This document shows, piece by piece, positions 47,318 through 58,081 of a DNA stretch of 64,000 bases. Source of the stretch: an uncultured Myxococcales bacterium (GTDB lineage Bacteria > Myxococcota_A > UBA9042 > PWKZ01 > CAYRCM01); assembly GCA_964422715.1 (NCBI GenBank), contig CAYRCM010000008.1, forward strand, positions 1,894 to 65,893, in the 5' to 3' direction. The position numbers and the translations under genes were made by a program. Within the stretch, counting starts at the first letter, position 1; the number at the start of each line of letters is the position of its first letter. The notes beneath the pieces are model-generated. The model was not told where the DNA came from. It did not search any database and was given only the letters and a program-made list of their open reading frames with translations.

Positions 47318-50300
47318 ATGGACATCAGTCAACTCTTCGAGGCTCTGGACCAGAATCCGACCGATCTCGACACCCTGGACAACCTGCAGACGCAGCTGCT
47401 TGCCGAGGGCGACCAAGACGGACTCGAGCGCGCCTACACCCGGGTGCTGACGGCTTGCGACACGCCGCAGGACGTCGAAAACGTGCTCCGGCGCATCGAA
47501 GCCCGCACACGCACGGTCGACGACCCCGATCTCGCCGCCTGGGTCGGTTTCTACGTCGGCATGATGTACCAGCACCGCGCCGAGAACCCGGTCAAGGCCG
47601 AGATGTTCCTGCGCAAGGTACCGCTCGTGGAGCCGTATCGCGAGTCGCTGGTGCGCTTCTACACGCAGTTCTACGCCGAACGGCGCAATTGGCGCCGCCT
47701 CGAACAGTTCCTCGAAGAGTCCGGGGCGTTCGGGCCCGACGAGGCGACGGCGACCGAGACGCGGCGCACGCTTGCGCGGCTCGCCGAAGAGACCGACCAG
47801 CCCGACAAGGCCATCGCCTACTGGGTGGCCGTCCACCAGTCCGCCCCCGACGACACCGAAGCCGAAGCGCGGCTCAAAGCCCTCTACATCAAGGTCCAGA
47901 AGTGGCACTCGCTCGTCGAACTGCTCAAAGAACAGTTGCAGCGCCTGCCCGAGGCCGACCTTGAAGGCAAGATTCTGGTCCACCTGGAAATGATTGACAT
48001 TTTCCGCGACCAGATCAAATCCGAAACCAAGGTCACCGCCGCCTACCAGGCCATTCTCGAACTCGACCCCGGCAACCAGATGGCGCTCGACGCGCTCATC
48101 GCCCAGTTCGACGCGATGAAGCGCTACCCCGACCTCGTCAAGGTGCTCCAGAAGAAAATCGAGCACACCGCCGACACGGCCGCGGTCATCACGCTCCACC
48201 GCCAGGTGGCGCAGATCATGATCGAGAAGTTCTCGAACAGCACCGAGGCCATCAAGTCCTACGAAGCCATTCTGGCGCTCGACCCGACCGACCGCGACGC
48301 ACTCGTCGTCCTCAAAGACGTCTACGAAAAGCGCAACGACTGGGAACACTTCATCGAGGTCTCGCAGCGCGAAGTCGACTTGCTCGCCGACGCCGCAGAA
48401 CGCCACAAGGGCTACCTCGAACTCGCGCGCATGTCGGCCGACAAGATCCGCAAGCCGGCCGTGGCCATCGCCCTCTGGCGCAAGGTCCTCGAATTCGAAC
48501 CCGAAAACCCGCAGGCGCTCGAAAACCTGCTGCCGCTCTACGAGCGCGAAAAAGACTTCGAAGCGCTCGTCGACGTGCTCGAACGCAAGCTCAACATCAC
48601 CGAGGCCACGGCCGAACGCATCGACCTGCTCGACAAGCTGGGCCTCATCTACGGCGTGCGCCTCGGCAACGCCGAGAAAACCGTCGAAACCTGGAAGCGC
48701 GTGCTGGCCCTCGACCCCACGCACCGCAAAGCCCAGATCGAACTCAAGAAACGCTTCCTCGACGAACGCCAGTGGGACGAACTCGAGTGGTTCTTCCGCA
48801 ACTACGGCGATGTCGCCGAGTTCGTGCGCACCCTCGAAACGCAGGTCAAGACGCTCGAAGAACCGGCCGACCAGATCGCCATCCTCTACAAGACCGCCAA
48901 GATCTGGCGCGAAGAGCTCGACCAGACGCCGCGCGCCGTGCGCGCCCTCGAACGCGTCCTCGAACTCGACCCCGAGCACGTCCAGACCGCCGAAATCCTC
49001 ATTCCCATCTACGAAGAGATGGGCGAATGGGCCAAGCTGCCGCCGGTCTACGAAACGAAGCTGGCCTACACCGAAGACCCGGCCGAACGTCAGCCGCTGC
49101 TCTTGGCGCTCGCCGCCATCCACGAAGAGAAGCTGAACGACGTCAACGCCGCGTTCTTCTGCTACGTCCAGGCATTCAAAGAAGATTGGCGCCACGCCGA
49201 CGTCTACGCGCAGCTCGAACGGCTGGCCGAGAGTTCCGCCAACTGGGATTCGTACGTCGTCGTCCTCGAAGAAACCCTCGAACTCGTCGATCTGGCCGAC
49301 TACCGCGTGCGCTTCCAGCTGCGCCTCGCCCAGCTCTACGAAACCCAGGTCGGCGACCCCGAAAAGGCGCTCGACTACTACTTGCACGTGGTCGGCGAAG
49401 AGCCCAACAACCGCACGGCCATTCTGGCCATCGAACGGCTCTACAAGGCCATGGGCCGTTTCGAAGACCTCATCGGCATCTGTCGCCGCAAGCTCGACCT
49501 CGAAAGCGAGCCCGAAGAACGCAAGGCCATCCTGTTCGAACTCGGCGCCACCTGGCGCGACGCCCTGAGCGAGCCCGAAGAAGCCATCAACGTCTACCGC
49601 GGCATGCTCGAGGAGTTCCCGAGCGAAGTGCGCGTGTACGACGAAATCAGCAAGCTCTACCTGAAGTTGAACGACTTCGGGGCGCTGGGCGACGTGCTGC
49701 AGCGCAAACTCGCGCTGCTCCAGGAACAGGGCGCCTCCGACGCCGTCATCGCCGAACAACTCGGCGATCTCGGCATGCTCGCCTACGGCAACGAAGGCCG
49801 GGTCGGGGCCGCCGTCGACTGGTACGAGCGCGCGCTCGCGCTCGACCCCGACAACCGCCGCGTCGTCGGGCTGCTCGAACAGCTGCTGGCCGACGAAGAC
49901 AGCCGGCCGCGCATCTCCGCCATCCTCGAACCCGTCTACGAGCGCTGGATGGACTGGGCGCGGCTCGCCGACGTCTACGAAATCCAACTCGCGCAACTCG
50001 AACGCGAAGAAGCCGAAGCGCAAAACCGGGTGGCCATGCTCAAGCGGCTCGGCGAGATCTATCGCGAGCCGTTGTCCGACGACGCCCTGGCCTTCCGCAC
50101 GTACTGCCGCGTGTTCAGCATCGATCCGGTCGACCCCGAGGTCCGCAACTACCTCGAACCGCTCGCCGAGAGCCTCGACAGCTGGATCGAACTCGTCGAG
50201 CTGTACGAATCGAAGGTCGCCGACATCGACGACGCGCAGGTCAAGCAGGCCGTGCTGCTCACCATCGCGCAGCTCTACGACGAACGCATCGGCGACGCCG

Positions 50301-53300
50301 CCGCGGCCCAGGGCTTCTACCGCCAGGTGCTCGACATCGACCCGCTGCACCGGCCGAGCCTCGACGCGCTCGAACGCATCTTCCGCAACACCCGCAAGTA
50401 CGAGCCGCTGCTCGGCATCCTCGAGCGCAAAGCCGAACTCGCCGAAGACAACGCGCAGCGCATCCACTACGCGTTCGAGATCAGCAAGGTCTACCGCGAG
50501 CACATGGGCGACACCGACAAGGCCATCGCCGCCGCCCTGCAAGTGCTCGACATCGATCCGCACAACCGCGAGGCGCTCCAGCACCTCGACGCGCTCTACG
50601 TCGAAAGCGAACGCGCGCCCGACCTCGCTGACATCTTGCTTCGGCGCATCGACCTCGCGCAGGACAACGGCGAAATCGTCGACCTCAAGTCGCGGCTCGC
50701 GGTGCTCCAGGAAAGCCGCCTGCAAGACGTAGCGGCCGCCATCCACACCTGGGCCTCCATCGTCGAACTCGAACCCGACCGCCTCGAAGCGGTCGAGGCC
50801 CTCGAACGGCTGTTCGACACTCCCGACTACTCGGGCCTCATCGCACCCATTCTCGAACCCTACTACCAGCGCCGCGGCGACTGGGAACGGCTCGTGCGCG
50901 TCTACACCGTCGAAGAACAGCAAACCGAAGATCCCGAAGAGAAGGTTCTGTTGCTGTTCCAGATCAGCGAGTTGTACGAAACGCAGGGCATGGACCCGCG
51001 CAGCGCGTTCGACCACTACGCGCGGGCCTTCGCGCTTCTGCCCGACAACGGCGAAACGCTCGACGCGCTGCTGCGCCTGTCCGATGCGCTCGTCAATCAT
51101 GAGGAGTTGGTCCTGCTCATCGAGGAGCAGGTCGACAACGTTCTCGAACCGCAGCGCAAGAAAGAAATCCACCGCGTCGCGGCCCAGCTCTTCCGCGACC
51201 AGTGCGAAGACGCCGAGGGCGCCAAACGGCACTTCGCCGCCGTGCTCGACCTCGACCCCGAAGACCTGCCGGCTCTCAACGCGCTCACCGAGCTCTACCG
51301 CGCCAACGAGCAGTGGGAACCGCTCGTGCAGCTGCTGCTGTCCAAGGCCGCGCTCGAACAGGACGTGGCGCTGAAATGCGCCATGCTGCACGAGGCCGGC
51401 GAACTGTCGGCCACAGCACTCGCCGATGCCGAAAAGGCCATCGGCATCTACGAATCCGTGCTGCAGGCAAGCCCCGACGACGACGCGGCGCTCGGCGCCC
51501 TCGAAGGCCTCTACGGGCAAGTCGAAAACTGGGAACGGCTCGGCTGGGTCTACAGCGAACGCATCGCGCGCACGGGCGACCTCGCCGAACGCAAGGTGTT
51601 TGCGCGCAAGAAGGCCGAAATCCAGGAAGAGATGCAGGGCGCTATCGAGGACGCCATCGACACCTACAGCCACATCCTCGAATGGGACGGCGACGACGCC
51701 GACGCGCTCGCGCAGCTCGACCGCCTCTACACGCGCGCCGAAGACTGGGCGAGCCTGCTCAACGTGCTGCAGCGGCGGCTCGGCCAGGCCGACGGCGACG
51801 AAGCGAAAGAACTGCGCTTCCGCGTGGGGCGGCTCTACGAAGAGAAACTCGAAGACGTCTGGCAGGCCATCGAAGCCTACGCGGCGCTGCTCAAGAGTGC
51901 GCCCGACCACGCCAAGACGCTCGCCGCGCTCGAACGCATCGTGCGCGAGCGCGACGAACGGCAGCGGGCCTTCGACGTGCTGCAGCCGGTGCTGACGGGG
52001 CTGCAAGACTTCGAGAAACTCCTCGAACTCTACGGCGTCATCGCGGCCAACTGCGACGATCCGTTCGAGAAAGTGCGCATCCACGCCACCATGGGCGCCA
52101 TCGCCGAAACGCAGCTCGGCGACCCCGAACGCGCCTTCGAATACTACGGCGCGGCGTTCCGGCTCGACGTCGAACGGCCCGAGACCGTCGAGGAACTCGA
52201 GCGGCTGGCGCAAAACTTCGAGCTCTTCGAACACCTGGCCCTGCTCTACGGCGAAGGCGCCGAACAGGCTGCCGACCCCGACGTGCAACTGCGCCTGCGG
52301 CTCAAGCAGGGGCGCATCCTCAAAGACCAGATCGGCGACCAGGAAGCGGCCGTGGCGCACTTCCGCGCCGTCTACGACGACTACCCCGACAACCTGCAAG
52401 TGCTCGAAGCGCTCGACAGCCTCTATGCGGCCAGCGCCAACTGGCCGGCGCTGCTCGACGTGCTGGCGCGCGAAATCGACGCCGTTTCCGAACTGCCGGC
52501 CAAGATCGAGCTCTACTTCCGCCTCGCCGGTGTCGCCGAAGAACACCTCCAGGACCGCACGCGGGCCTTCGAAGCCAACCGCGAAGTGCTCTTCCTCGAC
52601 CAGCAGAACCCGCGGGCCATCCAGAACCTCGAAGGGCTCTTCCTCGAAGGGCACCACCGCCTCGACATCGCCGAGCTGCTCGAACCCATCTACCGCCAGC
52701 GGCAAGACTGGGGCAGCCTGCTCAGCATGTTCGAGATGAAGATCGAAGCGGTCGACGACGCGGTCGACCGGCTCGAACTCATCAAACAGATCGCCGACAT
52801 CAACCTGCAGACGCTCGGCCGCACGCCCGAGGCCATCGGCTGGTACGGCAAGGCCTTCGTGCTCGACCCGCAAGACGACGTGCTGCTCGAACAGCTCGAC
52901 AACCTCGTCGCGGGCACGGGTCAGTGGGCCGACCTCGTCGAAATCCTGCTCCAGGCGGTCGAGGCGAGCGACGACGCTGAACGGCGTGTCGTGCTGTGGC
53001 ACAAGGCCGGCCGCGTGCTCGAAGAGAAGCTCTACGAACGCGAGCGGGCCGAATCCATCTACTTGCGCGTGCTCGACGAAGACAGCGAGAACCTGCCGGC
53101 CCTCCAGCGGCTCGACGGCATCTACAGCGAACTCGAACGCTGGGAAGACTTGCAGGGGGTGCTCGAGCAGGAAATCGGCCTGGCGCCCTACGACGACGAC
53201 AAGGTGCTGCTGCTCATGCGGCTCGCCGAACTGCGCCGCGACCGGCTCGGCCGCTGGGACGACGCCGTGGCGGCGTTCCGCGAAGTGCTCACCATCCTCG

Positions 53301-56300
53301 ACAGCCACCGGCCGGCGCTGCTCGCCTTGTCGGAGATCTACGCCACGCGCAACGACTGGGAACCGCTGTTCGAGGTATGCGGACGCCTGGCCGATGTCGC
53401 CGAGAGCGACGACGAGCGCGTGGGCTACCTGAAGCGGCAGGCCAATCTGGCCGAACTGCGGCTCGACAACGCCCAGAAAGCCATCGAGCTCTGGGAAGAA
53501 ATCCTCACCCTCAGGGCCGACGACGGCGAATCCATCCGCGAGTTGCAGCGGCTGCGCGAGCAGGTTGGCGACTGGGCGGGGCTGCTCGAAGCCTTCGAGC
53601 GCGAACTCAACATGGCCGTGGCCGATTCCGATCGGCGCGTCGAGCTCTTCAAGTCCATGGGCCGCGTCTGGCGCGACCGGCTCGAAGACGGGCTCCAGGC
53701 CCAGGAAGCCTGGCGGCGCGTGCTCGACGAACAGCCCGAAGACCGCGAGGCGCTCGACTCGCTGCGGACTCTCTATCGCGAATCCGAAAACTACGAGTCG
53801 CTGGTCGACATCCTCGAACGCATGAGCGCGGTCGAAGACTACGACAGCGCCGAACGCGTCGAAATCTGGGAAGAACTGGGCCAGCTCAAGACCGACGTCA
53901 TCCTCAAGCCGCAAGAAGCCATCCAGGCCTGGCGGCAGGTCATGGCCCTCGACCCGAACCACCGCCGCGCCATCCTGTCGCTCGAAAAGCTCTACTACGA
54001 CGAGGCCATGTGGGAGCCCTGCGTCGACATCCTCAAGCGGCGGGTGTCCCTCGAAGAGGCGACCGAAGATCAGGTCGAATGCCTCATGAAGGCGGCGCGC
54101 ATCCAGCTCGAAAACCTGGGCGACCCCGATGCCGCGGCCGAAAGCTACGAAGCCGTGCTCGAACGGCAGCCGGCGTTCATGGACGCCTACTACCAGATCG
54201 AGCGCATCTACGAGTCCAAGGGCGACTGGTACCGCCTGGCCGAGGTGCTGAGCCAGAAGGTGGGCCACCTCGAAGACGAGGTCGACCAGGTCTACTCGCT
54301 CCAGAACCTCGCGCGCATCTTCGAAGAACGGCTCGGCATGGCCGACCGTGCCTTCCAGGTGCTCGAGCGGGCGCTCGACATCCAGCCGACCGACGAGCAG
54401 ACGCTGCGCGAAATCGAACGCGTCGCCACTGCGGCCGAGATGTGGGAACCGCTGCTCGACATCATCGAGCGCGTCGTGCCGAAGCTCGCAGAGCCCGACC
54501 AGATCGTCGAGTACCTGCTCAAGGCGGCGCGGCTCCTGCGCGAACGGCTCAACCGGCCCGACGAGGCCGTGCAGTGGCTGCAGCTCGTCGTCGAGCGCGA
54601 TGCCGAAAACGAAGAGGCGTTGCGCGGTCTGGCGGCGCTCTACGAGCGCACCGAGAACTGGGACCGCATGATCGACGCCATGGAGCGGCTCGTCTCCGTG
54701 GTGCTCGACTACCGCGACCGGCTCACCTACCAGACCAAGATCGCCGAAACCCTCGAATACAAGCTGCTGGCGCCCGAGGAGGCCGTCGAAGCCTACCGCA
54801 AGGTGCTCGAAATCGAGGAAGACAACCTGCCCGCCCTGCATCGCCTCGAAGCGCTCTACGGGGCCCAGGATGCGGCGGCCGAGCTCGTCCAGATCTACGA
54901 GCGCCTGGTGCCGCTGCAGCCCGAACGCGAGGCCGAACTCAAACTGCGCATCGGCGAGCTCTACGAGACCAAGCTCGAGCGCGACGAAGACGCCATCGCC
55001 ATCTACCAAGACCTGCTGACCACCAACCCCAACAACCGCGAGGCCCTGGATCGCTTGATGGGGTTGCTGTTCGAAAACAAGGACATCGACCGGCTCACCG
55101 AACTGTTCGAAGCCCGGCTCATGGTGGCCTCGAGCCCGGCCGAAAAAGCCGAGCTGCACCAGCGGCTGGCCGTGCTCTACGCCGACTTCAAGGGCAACCG
55201 CGAACAGGCGGCGCTCCAGTACCGCCAGCTGCTCGACATCGACCCCGACAACCTCGAAGCCTTCCGCGCCATCGAGGGCCTGTACGAGGCCGATGGGCGC
55301 TGGGAAGACCTCCTCGAAGTCCTCGAACGGCACGTCACGTTCGAGCCGAGCGACGACGCCAAGGCCGCCCTGCTGCTCAAGGCGGCGTTCATCTATCGCG
55401 ACAACCTGGCCGACATCGACAACGCCATCCGCATGTTCGAGCGCGTCGTCGGGCAGCAGCCGAGCCATCGCGAAGCCCTCGATGCCCTCGAAGCGCTCTA
55501 CCGCCAGTCCGAGCAGTGGGAACAGGCGGCGGGCACCCTCGACCGCAAGTTGGCCATCGTGGCCGACCCCACCGAGGCGGTGCAGTTGCGCCATCGCCGC
55601 GGCCAGTTGCTGCTCCAGCAAATCGGCGATGCCGGCCGCGCGGTGCTCGAATTCCGCCAGGCCTTCGCGCTCAACCCGAGCTACCTGCCCGCCGCCCACG
55701 ATCTCGTCGAGGCGCTCGGCGCCACGGGCGCGTGGCCCGAGCAGGTCAAGGTGCTCGCCGAGATCGTCAAGCGTTCCGAGCTCGAACGCGACAAGGCGGC
55801 GGCCTACTGCCGCATGGCGACCGTCTACCACAAGCAACTGCGCGACATCGAAGGGGCCGTCGACGCCTATGAACGGGCGCTCGAGATCATCCCCGACTAC
55901 GCCGACGGCGTGCAGGCGCTGGCCCAGCTCTACATCGACGAGGGCCAGTGGGCGCGCGCGATGCCGCTGCTCGACATCCTCAAGAACCAGGTCGACCCGC
56001 ACGCCGAGCCCGAACGGGCCGCCGTGCTCTACCGCCAGATCGCCGTCGTGGCGCAGCGCATGCTCGACGAGGACCGGGCGCTCGCCTTCTACGAGCAGGC
56101 CGACCGCATCCAGCCGAACCAGCTCGTCACGCTGCGCGGCCTCGCCGAGCTCTACTACCGGCTGTCGCGGTTTGCCGATGCCCGCAAGCGCCTCCAGCAG
56201 ATCGTCGACGTTGCCGAATCCGAAATGTCGCCCGACGAGCTGGTCGACACCTACATGCGGCTCGGCGACGTCTGCCTGCGGCTCGGCGCGACCGAAGAGG

Positions 56301-58072
56301 CCGGCGAATTCCTCGAACGCGTGCTGCTCTACCAGCCGAACAACCCGAAGGCCATCGGCGATCTCATCAAGTTCATGGAGCAGCACGAAGACTGGGAAGG
56401 CGCCATCCGCTACAAGCGCGAACTCCAGGCCATCAAAGCCGATCCGCTCGAGAAGTTGGCCATCCACATCGAGATCGGCGACCTCTACAAAGAGAAGCTC
56501 GACGACGTCGACAACGCCATCGCGGCCTATCGCGATGCGCTCACCGTGCGGCCCGACTCGCTCGCGGCGCACATCAAACTGCTCGAAATCTTCATCGCGT
56601 CCAAGCGCTACGACGCGGCGGTCGACACGCTGCACAAGCTGATGGAAATCAGCCCCGACAACGAGAAGAAGGCGTCGTACGCGCTGGCCATCGCGGTCAT
56701 CTACCGCGACGAGCTCGGCGACACCGAAAAGGCGCTCGACTACTTCAACCGCACGCTCGACCTGCACCCCGACCGCGTCGAGGCCTTCAAGTACGTCGAC
56801 GAGATGCTGACGCGCGCCAAGGACTGGAAAAACCAGGCCAAGGCCTACACCCGCATGATCCAGCGCATTCGCGGCCAGAACAAACGCGACCTGGAATTCA
56901 TGCTCTACAAGAACCTCGGCGAGATCTACCGCTCGCGCATCCGTAACGTCGAGTACGCCGTGCCGGCCTACCAACTCGCGGCGCAGCTGCGCCCCGAGGA
57001 CCCCCAGGTCCACGAGATCCTGGCCGAGCTGTACTCGTCGCAGAACAACCTCGACAAGGCCGCCGAGGAACACCGGGCGCTGCTGCGCGTGCAGCCCGAC
57101 CGCGTCGAGTCCTATCGCGCGCTCAAGAGCATGTACCTCGACACCCGCCAGTACGACCGCGCCTGGTGCGTCACCGGCGTGCTCGTCATGCTCAACCAGG
57201 CCGACGAGAGCGAGCGGCAGTTCTTCCACCAGTACCGCGCGCCGTCCATCAAGGTGGCGCGCCGTTCGCTCGACCTGGCCCTCTGGCGCGACAACGTCTA
57301 CGCCGAGGGGCAGGACTTCCTGCTCGGCCAGATCTTCCAGATCATGTACCAGGCGGTGGGCGACCGGCTCGGCGCCAAAGACCTCAAGGACGTGGGCATC
57401 AAGAAGCGCGACGAGCTCAACCTCGCCAAGCAGAAAGACCTGATGTTCGTCAACGTCCTGAAGTCGGTGGCCCGCGTGCTCGGCATTGCCCCGCCGCACG
57501 TGTACCTGTCCGAGCGGGCCGTGGGCGTGCGCATCGAGGGCACCCTGCCGCCCATCATGGTCATCGGCGCCGACATGCTGCAGGGCAAGTCCGAGGCCGA
57601 GATGTCGTTCATCCTCGGCAAGTTCCTCACGTACTTCCATCCGATGCACATGATGGCCGGGGTCTATCCGCTGCTCATGCTGAAGACGCTGCTCATCTGC
57701 GCCCAGAAGTTCTGCTACCCGAACGAACTCATCCCGGGCGAGGGCCCCGAGGTCGACCGGGTGGTGCGCGAGATGGGCCGTGGCCTCTCGCAGCAGTTGC
57801 AGATGCAGCTCGTCAACGCCATGGAACAGTTCCGGCGCACGCGCCGCGACGTCGACCTCAACCAGTGGCTCCAGCAGGTCGAACTCACGGCCGACCGCGC
57901 GGGCTTCGTCTGCTGTGGGGACCTCGAAGTGACGGGACGGCTCCTCAAGATGGACACCGCGGCCTTCTCGACCCTGCAACCGCGCGAGAAGATCAAGGAC
58001 ATCGTGCTCTACGCGGTGTCCGACAAGCACCTCACGCTGCGGGCGCAGCTCGGCCTCACCGTCGGTCAGTAA
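47318..58072 (+). CDS. Giant cytoplasmic TPR-like alpha-solenoid protein (3,584 aa; myxobacterial AgmK/GltI-like size class) with degenerate M48-like C-terminal domain
   Basis: Uninterrupted ORF with strong codon bias. Recurrent AL..L..LY...E.W..L..VL.R and A...Y..AL..DP motifs. No signal peptide. C-terminal ELTADRAG..CGDL. Confidence 0.9.
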   Translation: MDISQLFEALDQNPTDLDTLDNLQTQLLAEGDQDGLERAYTRVLTACDTPQDVENVLRRIEARTRTVDDPDLAAWVGFYVGMMYQHRAENPVKAEMFLRKVPLVEPYRESLVRFYTQFYAERRNWRRLEQFLEESGAFGPDEATATETRRTLARLAEETDQPDKAIAYWVAVHQSAPDDTEAEARLKALYIKVQKWHSLVELLKEQLQRLPEADLEGKILVHLEMIDIFRDQIKSETKVTAAYQAILELDPGNQMALDALIAQFDAMKRYPDLVKVLQKKIEHTADTAAVITLHRQVAQIMIEKFSNSTEAIKSYEAILALDPTDRDALVVLKDVYEKRNDWEHFIEVSQREVDLLADAAERHKGYLELARMSADKIRKPAVAIALWRKVLEFEPENPQALENLLPLYEREKDFEALVDVLERKLNITEATAERIDLLDKLGLIYGVRLGNAEKTVETWKRVLALDPTHRKAQIELKKRFLDERQWDELEWFFRNYGDVAEFVRTLETQVKTLEEPADQIAILYKTAKIWREELDQTPRAVRALERVLELDPEHVQTAEILIPIYEEMGEWAKLPPVYETKLAYTEDPAERQPLLLALAAIHEEKLNDVNAAFFCYVQAFKEDWRHADVYAQLERLAESSANWDSYVVVLEETLELVDLADYRVRFQLRLAQLYETQVGDPEKALDYYLHVVGEEPNNRTAILAIERLYKAMGRFEDLIGICRRKLDLESEPEERKAILFELGATWRDALSEPEEAINVYRGMLEEFPSEVRVYDEISKLYLKLNDFGALGDVLQRKLALLQEQGASDAVIAEQLGDLGMLAYGNEGRVGAAVDWYERALALDPDNRRVVGLLEQLLADEDSRPRISAILEPVYERWMDWARLADVYEIQLAQLEREEAEAQNRVAMLKRLGEIYREPLSDDALAFRTYCRVFSIDPVDPEVRNYLEPLAESLDSWIELVELYESKVADIDDAQVKQAVLLTIAQLYDERIGDAAAAQGFYRQVLDIDPLHRPSLDALERIFRNTRKYEPLLGILERKAELAEDNAQRIHYAFEISKVYREHMGDTDKAIAAALQVLDIDPHNREALQHLDALYVESERAPDLADILLRRIDLAQDNGEIVDLKSRLAVLQESRLQDVAAAIHTWASIVELEPDRLEAVEALERLFDTPDYSGLIAPILEPYYQRRGDWERLVRVYTVEEQQTEDPEEKVLLLFQISELYETQGMDPRSAFDHYARAFALLPDNGETLDALLRLSDALVNHEELVLLIEEQVDNVLEPQRKKEIHRVAAQLFRDQCEDAEGAKRHFAAVLDLDPEDLPALNALTELYRANEQWEPLVQLLLSKAALEQDVALKCAMLHEAGELSATALADAEKAIGIYESVLQASPDDDAALGALEGLYGQVENWERLGWVYSERIARTGDLAERKVFARKKAEIQEEMQGAIEDAIDTYSHILEWDGDDADALAQLDRLYTRAEDWASLLNVLQRRLGQADGDEAKELRFRVGRLYEEKLEDVWQAIEAYAALLKSAPDHAKTLAALERIVRERDERQRAFDVLQPVLTGLQDFEKLLELYGVIAANCDDPFEKVRIHATMGAIAETQLGDPERAFEYYGAAFRLDVERPETVEELERLAQNFELFEHLALLYGEGAEQAADPDVQLRLRLKQGRILKDQIGDQEAAVAHFRAVYDDYPDNLQVLEALDSLYAASANWPALLDVLAREIDAVSELPAKIELYFRLAGVAEEHLQDRTRAFEANREVLFLDQQNPRAIQNLEGLFLEGHHRLDIAELLEPIYRQRQDWGSLLSMFEMKIEAVDDAVDRLELIKQIADINLQTLGRTPEAIGWYGKAFVLDPQDDVLLEQLDNLVAGTGQWADLVEILLQAVEASDDAERRVVLWHKAGRVLEEKLYERERAESIYLRVLDEDSENLPALQRLDGIYSELERWEDLQGVLEQEIGLAPYDDDKVLLLMRLAELRRDRLGRWDDAVAAFREVLTILDSHRPALLALSEIYATRNDWEPLFEVCGRLADVAESDDERVGYLKRQANLAELRLDNAQKAIELWEEILTLRADDGESIRELQRLREQVGDWAGLLEAFERELNMAVADSDRRVELFKSMGRVWRDRLEDGLQAQEAWRRVLDEQPEDREALDSLRTLYRESENYESLVDILERMSAVEDYDSAERVEIWEELGQLKTDVILKPQEAIQAWRQVMALDPNHRRAILSLEKLYYDEAMWEPCVDILKRRVSLEEATEDQVECLMKAARIQLENLGDPDAAAESYEAVLERQPAFMDAYYQIERIYESKGDWYRLAEVLSQKVGHLEDEVDQVYSLQNLARIFEERLGMADRAFQVLERALDIQPTDEQTLREIERVATAAEMWEPLLDIIERVVPKLAEPDQIVEYLLKAARLLRERLNRPDEAVQWLQLVVERDAENEEALRGLAALYERTENWDRMIDAMERLVSVVLDYRDRLTYQTKIAETLEYKLLAPEEAVEAYRKVLEIEEDNLPALHRLEALYGAQDAAAELVQIYERLVPLQPEREAELKLRIGELYETKLERDEDAIAIYQDLLTTNPNNREALDRLMGLLFENKDIDRLTELFEARLMVASSPAEKAELHQRLAVLYADFKGNREQAALQYRQLLDIDPDNLEAFRAIEGLYEADGRWEDLLEVLERHVTFEPSDDAKAALLLKAAFIYRDNLADIDNAIRMFERVVGQQPSHREALDALEALYRQSEQWEQAAGTLDRKLAIVADPTEAVQLRHRRGQLLLQQIGDAGRAVLEFRQAFALNPSYLPAAHDLVEALGATGAWPEQVKVLAEIVKRSELERDKAAAYCRMATVYHKQLRDIEGAVDAYERALEIIPDYADGVQALAQLYIDEGQWARAMPLLDILKNQVDPHAEPERAAVLYRQIAVVAQRMLDEDRALAFYEQADRIQPNQLVTLRGLAELYYRLSRFADARKRLQQIVDVAESEMSPDELVDTYMRLGDVCLRLGATEEAGEFLERVLLYQPNNPKAIGDLIKFMEQHEDWEGAIRYKRELQAIKADPLEKLAIHIEIGDLYKEKLDDVDNAIAAYRDALTVRPDSLAAHIKLLEIFIASKRYDAAVDTLHKLMEISPDNEKKASYALAIAVIYRDELGDTEKALDYFNRTLDLHPDRVEAFKYVDEMLTRAKDWKNQAKAYTRMIQRIRGQNKRDLEFMLYKNLGEIYRSRIRNVEYAVPAYQLAAQLRPEDPQVHEILAELYSSQNNLDKAAEEHRALLRVQPDRVESYRALKSMYLDTRQYDRAWCVTGVLVMLNQADESERQFFHQYRAPSIKVARRSLDLALWRDNVYAEGQDFLLGQIFQIMYQAVGDRLGAKDLKDVGIKKRDELNLAKQKDLMFVNVLKSVARVLGIAPPHVYLSERAVGVRIEGTLPPIMVIGADMLQGKSEAEMSFILGKFLTYFHPMHMMAGVYPLLMLKTLLICAQKFCYPNELIPGEGPEVDRVVREMGRGLSQQLQMQLVNAMEQFRRTRRDVDLNQWLQQVELTADRAGFVCCGDLEVTGRLLKMDTAAFSTLQPREKIKDIVLYAVSDKHLTLRAQLGLTVGQ

Positions 58073-58081
58073 CGGGGCGGC

